Below, piece by piece: positions 1 through 13,400 of a stretch of 64,000 bases of DNA. How positions within the stretch are numbered: position 1 is the first letter of the stretch; each line of letters starts with the position of its first letter. A model generated the notes under the pieces. The model was not told the origin of the DNA and searched no databases. It saw nothing but the letters and a program-made list of their open reading frames with translations. The DNA is from Takakia lepidozioides (taxonomy: Eukaryota > Plantae > Bryophyta), in assembly GCA_030704615.1 (NCBI GenBank), contig CM060734.1, forward strand, positions 50,344,001 through 50,408,000, written 5' to 3'. Made by a program: the position numbers and the translations under genes.

Positions 1-1039
1 TAAAACTTACAATATCTCACATAACTGTCATGAAGGTCCTGAGCAGTCTGCGCTCAGGTTCTCACCATACAGCACACACTGTAGATCCCTATCCTCACCT
101 GCATCCAAACAGCACACATCCTTCCACACCTCATGTGAACAAGGCCTTAATGGGAAGGCGGTACAGACGGGGCGGAACAACAAGAAATTCTCCTTTTTCA
201 AAAGCATACCTGTCTTTGGTGATACCAGTGTATACCATGGCAACTCAATCGTATGACATCGTAGCCAGTCCCAAACCAGGTCTGTTGTTGCACATTTGGT
301 CAGGTCTTGAGCCCACGATATTGCCAGGTCCATGATGGCTTTGTTCTTTTAATCCCAACGACATTATTTGAAGGATTGCTGAAATTCCTGTAGTCTTTTA
401 TGAGGTTGTTAAAACTGCCATAAAGCGTTGAGCTAGCATTGTTCAGAAATGAGTGTTATGTGACTGCCATGATGTGATGGCTGGTTGGATATTGCTCATC
501 AGAAGTTCCAGGGGGTGTGTCACTCCAAGTTGATCCCAGCCCAGCAACCTTCTAAACGGAGAACCAGAAGACCAGCTTCATTAAAGAAATGAGAATGCTG
601 AGTGGATTTTTCCAATTTCTTTCAATTATGTCAAGAACGTCTTTGGGTCTATTGTCTTTCCTTACTTGAGGAATTTCTGCCTGACACAATTGTCTTCCAA
701 TGCGTTGGGATTTGGTTCAGTATGTGCACAACCTACAGAAGAAGTATTCACTGGGCTCATTTGACCTTCTTGGTCATACAGCTCCTGTTCAAGCAGCCAC
801 CCTTGTCCTTGCTGGGCTTCCATCACCTGGTGAGCTGCTGGATTGATAGCACTTTTCACCGAATCCATAAATTACGTACTATTTCTAATAGTTCAGGCAA
901 TATCTAGTTCTGACACAAATGTTAAGAAGAGAATCAGAATTTCGTTTAAGAGAATCAGATAGTTGTGTCGGAATAACGAGCTTAGAGAATCAGATACTTG
1001 TGTAGTAAGAAATCTGCAGATGCATGAGGAACGTGATCA

Positions 1040-1863
<824 letters not shown>

Positions 1864-1964
1864 CTGCACACATCAGCCACACTTGGACTACAGTTCAACA
1901 GTCGCCTCAAAACAAGAATGTCGGCAGAATTATCTTATGCATAGACTGGTCATAGGGGTAGAGA

Positions 1965-3165
1965 TTGTACTCATAAGACGTTGTTTGCCGTAGCCTTGTG
2001 GCCATTGACCCCGCGCCCAGTTTGAGCGGGAACAAAAGGGACAGAACCTACCTCTGTCAGGGGCTGACGTTGGTAGTAAGACTTACCTCCATATAAAGAA
2101 TTAATCCGGGTTTTCCAGATATCCTCTAGAAATCCCTTCACACAGGCATCAATCTGCTGTGTGTGATTTGCCCAAAAACTAGGCCTCAGGAGGGCCTGGG
2201 CTTTTGGCTCAGCCTCGAGACTTTCAAAGTTGGTAAACAGGGGTACAGGCACAATTCCCTTAATAGATTTGAAGAGAGCGTCTCTTTGGTGAGAGAACCC
2301 CGGACAGTGTATCAGAAAATGAATACTGTCTTCAGATTGCCCACACAACGGGCAATTGCACTCTCAAGGACCTGGACCTGGATCCGCAAGTCTTGACCCT
2401 GCTGGATAAATCTGACTTAGAGGCTGTAGTGTCCTCAGCCATGTCTGTTGCCATGAGATTGTCTGATGAAAATGAAGTTAGGCAGAAAACTTCCCTGAAC
2501 TTGTTTCCAGTCTGTGACATGGGGGAGGACATCTTGGATGACCTCAAGGGTCTACCCACTCTGGACTTAGCCTGTTTGACAGGGCAGTCCTGTTTCCAAG
2601 ATATAGAGTCGATTAATTTAGGATATCTGGTGTTGGGCATATGTTGCAGCTGACCCCACCATCTGACCTTGAATTCATCTCGTCGGGAGCTTAAGGACGG
2701 AATGCCAAACTCACCCCGAACAGCCACATTGGCTGTTTTGGAGCATGCTGACATACACTCCTTAAGCACCCCCACTTGAATGGATTCTAGAGACTTAGCC
2801 TGGTTGGAGTTATCAACCCATATAGCAGATCCGTACTCCAAGGCAGGTCTAATAACGCGACAAAGCATGGTTTTCTTAACCTCAGAGTTGACCCCTCTGC
2901 AGTGGAAAAATTTAGTGAGCCCCAGAGCTTTGCCCTTGCCAGTTTGAACAACTTTCCAGATATGTGCATCCCAATTACAATTGGAGGAGAACTCAACGCC
3001 CAGGTAAGTGTAGGAAGGGAGGACCGGGATCTCTTGGCTACCCCACTGCCACTTAAGATCACTTCCTCCCTCTCCTCTGTCGTTGAATGCTACCACTGCA
3101 CATTTGCTGACATTAGCCTCTAGCCCCCAAAGATCAAAGTATCTCTGCGCGCAATCAATCAACTC
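1965..3165 (-). mobile_element. 5'-truncated LINE family A copy with an internal inversion (about 2364-2562)
   Basis: Near-identical to 10402-11700. A 19-bp TSD ctggtcataggggtagaga lies at 1946-1964 and 3166-3184. Confidence 0.92.
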
Positions 3166-3184
3166 CTGGTCATAGGGGTAGAGA

Positions 3185-3955
3185 ATGTACTCATAAGACA
3201 TTGTTTGCCATATCCTTGTGGCCATAGACCCCACACCCAAATGTGGGCGGAACAAAAGGGAGCAGAAACTACCTTTGTGGCCTGTGACTACCTTGATAAA
3301 GACAAATTAGTTCCAGTTTTCTAGATATCCTCTAGAAAGCCCTTCACACAAGCATCAGCTGGCTGTGTGTGAGCTGTCCAGCAATTAGACCCCAAGAGGG
3401 CGAGGGCTTTAGGCTCAGCGTCAAGATTTTGACAGTTGAAGAACAGAGGTGCAGGGACAATGTTCTTGATCGTCCGGGTGAGAATATCCCGGACAATGTA
3501 TCAGGCAGTGGATATTTTCTTCATGCTGCCCGCAGATGTGCAATCACAATCTCCTCTTCCTTTCTGCATCTGTTTATAGTTCAAAGGTAGGCTTCCCTCC
3601 CCGAGTTAAAATTTTTAATTTCTCTCCAGTGGACAAAATTTAGTGACACCCAATGCTTTGCGTTTAGCTGATTGAATCACTTTTTGTATATGCGCATCCC
3701 AGTTACAGTTGGAGGAAAACTCAACACCGAGATATGTGTAGGAAGGGAGTGCATGAATCTCTTCGTCACCCCATGTCCATTTCCATTCCCTCCTCCCTTC
3801 CCACGGTTGTTGAATGTCACCACTGTGCATTTACTAACATTATTAGCTTCTAGCCTCCACAGGTCAAAGAACCTCTTTGCACAATCAATCAGCTCCTGGA
3901 GATTGGATGGGATACCACCTAGGCCTGCGAAATCGTCCACAAATATAAGAGCAGG
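3185..3955 (-). mobile_element. Older, deleted LINE family A copy
   Basis: Diverged match to the family A 3' end (GAGTACATTCT) and RT C-terminus (DDFAG, SYTYLGVEFSSNCNWDAHI). No matching TSD at its 5' side. Confidence 0.8.
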
Positions 3956-6900
3956 ATATAGGGAGAGGCTAAGGCAATGCCCAGCACTTCTTCTACCATC
4001 TAGTTTGATGTGCTAGCCTAGTAGATTGCAGAGAGGAGGAGGAGGAGAAGTCCAGCATCTACAGTCAACTCTGTTAGCTTTCCTTTGTAGTAGGGAGCAA
4101 GGGAGCTTCCAGGCTCCAGTTCTCTCATCTTGTTAGTACTAGCTAAGTCCTGTATTATTCAGCTGTCAAGCTTTTGTACTGCTGCTTGTGAATAGAAGCT
4201 TCCTGTCAATATCTCTAGAGTGAGGACAGGTCTAGTTTCCTAACAGCCACATAGGAGTTCAGGAAACCTAAGTTTCGATTATAAAACTGCAGTAAGAGAG
4301 AGGCTCCTCCAGACCTGGTCCCAGTCGTCATCTTCAATGGTGCCCTTGATGTTGCGCAAGAGCTCAGTCAAGTGACTACTCTTCTTTTTCTCAGCTAATG
4401 ATGCAGCAACGCCTGCATATATGTGCACTGCTGCATCCCCATAGACAAATGCCAATGCCAATGCCAGTTAGGGGGGAAATGCATCAAGTTTTCAACAACA
4501 GGCTGGCCTTCACTTAGCTTGGTATCTTAAATTTAGGCTTCAGTAAGGGGGCAATATGACAACTGAATACTGACAAATTCTCACATGGTATCCTGTCTCA
4601 TGAGCATCGTACTATGTTTGAGAATATAAGAGGTCCACACAGAGTTGCCCATGATTTTGGTAAACTTGCTATGAAATTTAATGAGTCTGTTCTTCAAAAG
4701 AAACCTCTAAGAATATATGACGAATTTTGGGATCATGGTCATAATGTCCCTAGAGGGATGATTGTACAGATCCTTCACTGCCACAATTGAACAACAGTGT
4801 CAATCAATTTTCAGTTTTGGTACCCCAGTACAGAGCATCAAGCAAAAGATTGATAGCATACCAGGAAGGCTGAAGTCATAGATGATCTGAAAGGCCAGAT
4901 CAAAGTTCTTCTCCACTAATGCCTCCCCAACTTCACATCTACGTCTGCAAAAACAGATTAGAGAGATGAACCTCAGCTTGCAGCAGTTTTAGTGGTTCTC
5001 CATCTTGTTCATTAACCTAGGGGGCTGTTAACTTACGTCCATGCCCTACAATGGACTCCTCCTGAATCAAGTGGTTTGACAGTAACATATACTGCTCACC
5101 CTGTTCCCCATGACATTCTGATACCTTCATTTGATGGGCAAACAACAGTGGAAGTTTTATATTTTACATAGTGAGGAGAGAATCTTCTGAAGGAAAATTC
5201 TATACTTCCACATCTTCAAATACGAGAATGCAATAAGAGGCTGGCATCCAAACAGGCTCGGCAACGACAGAGCCTGGTTCATGCTCAACCACCCACAAAA
5301 AAAGACGAGAAGAAAACAACATCAAGAGACAAACATACTTGGTAGTGTCCACATCGTTAGGATTCCCGAACAGAGAATGCTTCCATTGGGGCCCTTCGCT
5401 GTCACCAAATGTGCGGACTACATCTATCTGCACGACCATATCTCCACCAATATCAGATTGAGCCTTTGAGAGGTGGAAGGCAAGCAATCAACAAAAAGCT
5501 GGCATGCTTCCACCGTGTATGAGGTGAACTCACCTGTATGGAGATTCGGGCAGTGAATTTGATGAGTTCCTCTTCAGTAAGCTTCTGGGAGGGTAGCTTT
5601 CCACGAGCAGCCTTGGTGACACCTTTGGGCTGCTCTCCTGCTTGCTGGCGTGCTAATAAACCTTCATCAAAGTGCACCTGCCATGGACATCTGATTCCTT
5701 TCAAGTTCTCTTCTGTCGTGAATTGTACTCATGAGATTTCTTGTTTTAGCCTTGTGGCCCTATAACCAGCAGTTCAAGGGAACAGAGCTCTCAATTGAAA
5801 GCAGGGGGAGACTAAGAGGAAGGAAAATTATTACACCCCACGGGAAGTCTGAGAGCCTGTCAGACGAAGGAGAACTACAAGAGAAAGAAAGAGACTCCTG
5901 GCTGCCCTTTTCTCAGAAGGTAGTTAGCTTGACCACCCCCACTGGTTATGCTGCACTTTAAGTTTCTTCTGTCTCCTTTTCCTTTTCCTTGCAACAGAAA
6001 AAAGGGGAAAACGAGAAAAAGAGATCAATTTTCAGGAGGATAGTGACAGGAAAATCAGTGTGTCAGAAGGTCAGCTTTTACACCAATGTGCCACATTAAC
6101 TCAGTGAAATGATCAAATTCACAGCCTAGTTCACTACAAAAAAAATTCTACAATCCTGTCAAAATTATATGTGATAGACAAAAATAAAGCAAACCTTTGC
6201 CCGTTCCAAGTGGCGTAGGGCTTGGTCCTGATTAGGGGAATTCAAGAAGAGCTGAATGCAGCACAGCCCTGCTGCCACATAGTCTTTCTTCTACATTCAA
6301 CAACCAATCACACTTCATATTGAGCGTTGTGCAGGCATCCCATTCATTGACAACTCCATCACTACACGAGCGGTCGTGGATCTAGATTTTTGTGAGGTTA
6401 AGAAAAGATTCAACCTGGGAGGTGAACCTACTTTGATCAAAGCATTGTACTTGTGAACAGAATGGTTGCACAAAGAAGATTGAGAGGGAATTTATTCTTC
6501 CTTACCCCATTAATATTATTTTGTTACATCTGCCTTTCAAAAATATAAAATGTCATGTAGCAGATCCAAGCATGTTAAGACCAAATGTGCTGACCTGGAA
6601 CCTGTACAGATGGTTAAAATGTCGATGTGTCTCAAAGTAAGTGCAGATCCGTGTGAGTCCAGCGGCTGTATGTTGGGCTACAGACTCCTGGTTACCTGAG
6701 CCAATGCTCCGAGCAGCTATGACACGTTCAAGGACAGCCACAACCCCATATGCAACACAAAGGTCACAGAGCTCATCCAATGAGCCATAATCCATGGCTA
6801 GAGGGTCTGGTCTTTGTGGAGAGGTCACTGCTGCCTGGGTCAGGGAGGGAGATGGAGCCGGGGGGGGGTGGGACACTGTCAGATGGGAAGAAAAGAGAGC

Positions 6901-8539
6901 AAGTGTCGCTGTAGTGGCCATGTCGGAACATGAAGAGTAGAAGGTCCGGGCGTGCATACTGACACCCCATCCACAAACACACACAATTAGTTGCTTCCTC
7001 ATCACTCTATCTGTAAGCAGTGTGACTGTCAAGCCAGGTTTGCTGCAGAACCTCAGGAGCACGGAATTTTCATGAACTTACAGATGAATCATTGCCAATT
7101 ACTTACCTCTTGTAGATAATAAACGCATTCTTCATAGCGTATGTCATCGAGATTACTACGAGAAGTGAAATCTCCATCCATGTGGGCAGTGAAGGCTTGA
7201 TGGCTGTCTGCTGAATCTTCCGATGATCGGCGTGACCTCTCCTGCTTTGTGAAGGAGGGCATGTATAGGACATTCAAATAAGAGTCTGCTGAGAGAGAAT
7301 CATCCGAGGAGGATGATACACTCTTTGCCATATGCACATACCTGCAGCACAAACAGACAGTAATGGCCAGCTCTCATTCTGCATGAAAAACTGCCTTGTT
7401 CTTATTTACGACTCTAGAATATCCACAGGGTGAGACAAATCATAGCATGGGGAGTGGAACACATACAAGGAGCGTGCAGCACACACATCTGCTGGGGGGC
7501 CTCCTTCCATGGTCTGAATTATCTGCCGTACAACTGGCGCTGGATCCCCATCGTGTAATCTGAGTGTTTGCCTGCAAGCAAAGCTGTAGATAAGGATAGC
7601 AAATTGATGGACGACGTGAGACTTGATAGAATCAACTATACTCTTAAGATATTGAAAAGGATGGATACAAGAACTGTATGGTCCAGAGGATGTACAAAGC
7701 ACTTAATTGAACTTCACTCTAGCCTGAGCATAGTGCTCTATGCGAAGTAGTGCGTGGCCCCATGCTTCCCAGACCGGAAAAGCATCAATCTGCAGCCCAG
7801 TCAAAGGAAGTCATTCTCAAAGCAGCTTTATCTAAAAATATATTAGAATGTGTTGGCAAGGGGCGCTGGGTGAAAGACAGACCACCCTTCTAAGGGTACA
7901 CCAGAAGCACCCAAACACTGCCACATGGGTGCATTTCCTTAGAGAGATTGTAGGTGGTCAAAGAAGCACTGGACTTTATGTAAAAGGTAAACTGGACCAG
8001 CATACCAAAAACCATAAAGACTTAGGTGATGATCTGCGCAAATGACCCATTTAATTGAGGCTTTGACTAACTCATACATGCATATAAATATACCAAGGAA
8101 GGTAAGAACTTTCCTACCTTGCATTTAGTGCATGTATAGACACCCATACTGTAACGTTCGTTAAAAATGAGTCGATCTCGGAGCAGGGCTGCGGAGCCCT
8201 TGTCAACCATGTCATCAAGAGATGCTGTCACCCCGGACCCCAACAAACTCTGGAGAAGCTCCATACGGTTCAGCCAGATATCGGCTTGAGCTAAAACTTC
8301 AGGAAGACTTGTATTGCAAAGTTGGCTTTCTGCTTCAGCAGGACTTCCTGAACTTGCAGGGGAGGTTGCTGGTGTGGCTGCGTGCTCTTTACCTTCACTG
8401 CTTTCACCCTCACCCACTGCAGAGCTGTTCGATGATTTTTCTGAACCCCCTAAAATCTTCTTTAATTGTGCTCTTCCATGCAAAAGAGCCTGTCAAACAA
8501 GAGGATGGACACATTACTTTGTTTCTACCAGTCTGCTAT

Positions 8540-9130
8540 TTCACTTGCAGGTCCTCTCGTCTCAAACTCCCCTCTTGGTACCATAGACCTTCTGAGCCTC
8601 CCAACAGACTTGGGGACGAATGAACCAGCTCAGATCCAAATGACAACTCTACAAGACACTTTCCTTATCATCCAAGACAACCATCATTATACCTTCCTGC
8701 CTGTGTGTGGAATTCTCCACGCACCTCCCAAGGCTTTGGATAATCTCGGCACAGTCCTGCATCCTATGAGATCCTGGAACTCCACTGGAATCTTAGTAGA
8801 GATTCCCCACCTCAGCAGAGGTACCTGCATGAGGCACTTGGCCTTTGTGCTATGTCTGAGAGTTGAGTTATTCTTTGGTTGTGTTGTTGTATTTGTGTCT
8901 GTTGGGCTCTCTAGAGTTCCTGTGGATGTAATTAAGCTCTTTTTTGTCTCTTTGGATGTTTGGCAGCCTACCTGCACGAGGCATTCACCCTTAGACAATC
9001 ACTCGAACAATAGTTATTTTCTCTGACTCTGGTTTTCCTATTTTCTCTCATGTTCTTCCTTCCATTTTGTCCCATAAGCTCTATGAGCTTTCCGCGGACG
9101 TTATAAAGCACCATTTCATTTCATTTCTCT
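8540..9130 (+). mobile_element. 3' fragment of non-LTR retrotransposon family B with a (CATTT)n tail
   Basis: Ends ...AYLHEAFTLRQ, then the hairpin AAGCTCTATGAGCTT, ATAAA and CATTTCATTTCATTTC. The same end recurs at several loci in the window. Confidence 0.65.
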
Positions 9131-9149
9131 TTCATGAGGCATCATTATG

Positions 9150-9545
9150 CAGTGACTGACTGACTCCTTCGGAACTATAGTTTTGGGTGTGAAAATCTTT
9201 GGCTTCCAGTGGACTAATACGTTTACTTCTTCCAGCTTGGAGAATCTCTTGGTGTTGATAGTTATTGGGCAGCTTGTTGAGAGCCCCACTTTCTTGTATC
9301 CTGCTTTCTCTCAGCCCCACTGTCTATTCCGCGGAACTCAATCTCTCTTTGAAGTCGTCCACTATGAGGATCAGAAATGCTTGGCAGCTTACCTGCACGA
9401 GGCCTTCACCCTTAGACAATCCTCGAGCAGTAGTTTTTTGGCTCTGGTGTTGTTCCTCTCTCATTTGTTTTCCATTTTGTCCCATAAGCTCTTTGAGCTT
9501 TCTGCGGACGTTATAAAGTACCATTTCATTGCATTTCATTTCTCT
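9150..9545 (+). mobile_element. Second 3' fragment of non-LTR family B
   Basis: EDQKCLAAYLHEAFTLRQ followed by the same hairpin and (CATTT)n tail. Confidence 0.7.
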
Positions 9546-10401
9546 GGCTCTGCTGCTTGCACAAGACCTTTAACTAAATAAGCATCTATCTAGAAAACAG
9601 ATGTGGAACCTCACATGTTACAATTGCCTCCAGCACTGGAAGCTCAAATGAATGGACATCAGGCTCACCTGTACAAATGTCTCAATTGCATGGAAGGCTC
9701 GTTCAATACTTTCCGAAGAAGCATTGAGGGGTAGCTGCCGGGAAGAGAGCACATGTTTTATTTGAGTGATGCACACGTCCACTGCTGCATTGGCAGCCAC
9801 TGCTTCTTCAGAACACAACTCCAGGAGAGCCTGCAAAAATACCCACAACCGTACAATTATTTCAGAATAGAAATCACACTCTCCTGCCTGCATTCATAGA
9901 TAGGCTCCTTCACCACATAAAGTGTTATTTAAGTACTCACTATGGTTAAACAGTGCAAAGAGAAAAAACTAGAAATGCAACATATCGTGCAACAAAGGCT
10001 TGCACAGCTGGGGAGCACAAAGTGCGTTCCGTCTATTGGAAGAAGTATCTGCACCCTCATGTATGATTTGGGATGCCACAACTGTACTAATTGGCTGATT
10101 CCACAAGATTGCTTGTTAGAAGCCTTGCCTCTATTCATGTCTCAATCTATCCAGCTTGAGATCATTGAGACATGTTGCTCAAGTAGCAGGGAGGCATTTG
10201 TAGAGGGTTGGGATTAAGGCTGGCAAATTCCTAGAAAAATGGTCTCATCAGAAATGCTTGCTCTCCCATGTAGATAATGCAATATTTTACAAGAAGCTAA
10301 TTGAAGTAAAATGACAAAAGACATGGAGTACAATACACTCATACTTACTGTCCAAATAATATGCAATTTGACATCTCAAAATATTCTGCACCTTAAATAG
10401 A

Positions 10402-13400
10402 TTGTACTCATAAGCCGTTGTTTGCCGTAGCCTTGTGGCCATTGACCCCGCGCCCAGTTTGAGCGGGAACAAAAGGGACAGAACCTACCTCTGTCAGGGG
10501 CTGACGTTGGTAGTAAGACTTACCTCCATATAAAGAATTAATCCGGGTTTTCCAGATATCCTCTAGAAATCCCTTCACACAGGCATCAATCTGCTGTGTG
10601 TGATTTGCCCAAAAACTAGGCCTCAGGAGGGCCTGGGCTTTTGGCTCAGCCTCGAGACTTTCAAAGTTGGTAAACAGGGGTACAGGCACAATTCCCTTAA
10701 TAGATTTGAAGAGAGCGTCTCTTTGGTGAGAGAACCCCGGACAGTGTATCAGAAAATGAATACTGTCTTCAGATTGCCCACACAACGGGCAATTGCACTC
10801 TCCCTTTCCTCTCTGCTTCTGTTTGCTGTTCAAAGGTAGGCTTCCTGCCCTGAGTTTAAATTTCAGTCTAGTGCCGAGAGTGGGTAGACCCTTGAGGTCA
10901 TCCAAGATGTCCTCCCCCATGTCACAGACTGGAAACAAGTTCAGGGAAGTTTTCTGCCTAACTCATTTTCATCAGACAATCTCATGGCAACAGACATGGC
11001 TGAGGACACTACAGCCTCTAAGTCAGATTTATCCAGCAGGGTCAAGACTTGCGGATCCAGGTCCAGGTCCTTGAGGATCTCTTCTACTCTCTTCTGCCAG
11101 GACTTAGCCTGTTTGACAGGGCGGCCCTGTTTCCAAGATATAGAGTCGATTAACTTAGGATATCTGGTGTTGGGCATATGTTGCAGCTGACCCCACCATC
11201 TGACCTTGAATTCATCTCGTCGGGAGCTTAAGGACGGAATGCCAAACTCACCCCGAACAGCCACATTGGCTGTTTTGGAGCATGCTGACATACACTCCTT
11301 AAGCACCCCCACTTGAATGATTCTAGAGACTTAGCCTGGTTGGAGTTATCAACCCATATAGCAGATCCGTACTCCAAGGCAGGTCTAATAACGCGACAAA
11401 GCATGGTTTTCTTAACCTCAGAGTTGACCCCTCTGCAGTGGAAAAATTTAGTGAGCCCCAGAGCTTTGCCCTTGCCAGTTTGAACAACTTTCCGGATATG
11501 TGCATCCCAATTACAATTGGAGGAGAACTCAACGCCCAGGTAAGTGTAGGAAGGGAGGACCGGGATCTCTTGGCTACCCCACTGCCACTTAAGATCACTT
11601 CCTCCCTCTCCTCTGTCGTTGAATGCTACCACTGCACATTTGCTGACATTAGCCTCTAGCCCCCAAAGATCAAAGTATCTCTTCGCGCAATCAATCAACT
11701 CCTGGAGATTGGTTGGAGTCTCCCCTATGCCTGCGAAGTCATCCGCAAACATAAGGGCTGGTATGGTGGTATCACCCACCCTTAACCCAAATCCCTCACT
11801 TTCCACATCCTCGAGGAGTTGATTGATGAAAACATTGAAGAGCAGAGGGGAGAGAGTACATCCTTGAGCTACACCTTGGTCTATGTCAAAGAAGTTGGAC
11901 TTCTGTCCGTTAACAGTGACACAGCTTTTGGTGTGAGCATACAAGTTGTGGACAACTCTCCACATCTTTCCCTTGATCCCACAAGACCAGAGGCGGAACC
12001 ATAGGCCATCTCTCCACACTGTGTCATAAGCCTTTTTGACATCCAGGAAAAAGACATAAGTGGGTTTCCCTTCTTTTTTCCTTCCCTGGATAATCTGGCT
12101 TAGAGTGAAGATATGATCCACACAGCCCCTGTTTCCCGAAAGCCAGCTTGGCCTTCGTGGAAACAACCTCTAGACTCCAGATCAACCTCGAGACGAGTAC
12201 TTATAACTCTGCAGAATGTCTTGCCAACAGCATTGAGGAGCGTGATGCCACGGTAGTTCCCCGGTTCTTCTCTGTCACCCTTCTTGTATAGATTGACAAT
12301 GACCCCCTGTCGCCAGCGAAAGGGGATCATTTCAGTCTTCCAGATAAGGTTAAAGAGGAGAACTAGGGCCTCTATCATGGGATCGCCACCGTGCTTGATA
12401 AGCTCGTTGACAATACCATCAGGTCCACCAGCTTTATATCCATTTAAATGTTCAATTGCTTCCACAATCTCAGAAGAACTAATGGGAGCATTATAAGCCA
12501 TTGAAATATACTCCAGTTCATCAGGGCTGTTTTGAATCATAGGAACAGTTTTTCCAACTGTGTCCCTCCATTCAGCAGAAGACCCCTCACTGTTAGACCT
12601 AGAAGTTCTGCCAAGGATACTGTAGTGAGTTTCAAAGGTTTTGACAATGTCAACCGATGAAGTCACCACTGCACCTTTAGTAGTCTTCAGCGCTTGTACT
12701 TGCTGACCGTTTTTCGGCTTGTACAAACGTTGAAGGGCCAACCAGAATTTCTTGTCATTACCACCATGGTGGTTTGAGTTTATTTCACTGTATAACTTGT
12801 CCCAGTATAATTTCTTCTGAGACCTAACAAGCTGATTGATATCTTTACGGAGCTGGTAGTACCTCGCCCACAATTCTCTGTTGGTTTCCAATTGCAGCAC
12901 TCTTTATAGAGGGCTCGTCTCTCAGCTATCTTGAGTTTAATCTCATTAGTCCACCAATTAACTGCTCTACCGCAGACAATTAGTTTCCTCCCAATGATCT
13001 TGTCAGCCACGGAGGAACGAAACTCTCCCAAGAGTCCACTGCTCTTTCGACTTCATTTCTTGCGTTAACAGAGCGTGACTGAAGTTCTTGGAGCGATTGG
13101 ACAAAATGAGGGAGAGCCTCTTGCAAGGCCTGGACGTACTCAGCCTTGACCTCCTCATTGTGGAATTTTTCTATGCGCCACTTCCGAATCGAACGTTTCA
13201 CAGATCTCTTGGTGGTGGGAAAACACCTTTTGATCTCAGTCCAAACCAGGAAGTGGTCAGAGGTACCAATATCAGTTCTGTCGATCAACACATTGGCACA
13301 CTGGGGGAACAAAATTTTGTCCATTATGATATAGTCCACAATGGAACGTTCCCCAGTTTGGGGTTTCTCACGAGTCCACTGCACTTGGTCACCTCTTGTC

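Noticed and set aside
28-880. Possible L1 or gene remnant
   Set aside because: Only weak Trp-rich hints; not supportable.
9320-9420. CTCGTGCAGGTAAG repeat as a spliced-leader RNA, or the hairpin as a ribozyme
   Set aside because: The opposite strand encodes a LINE-type C-terminus followed by a tail. No Sm site or hammerhead core was found.
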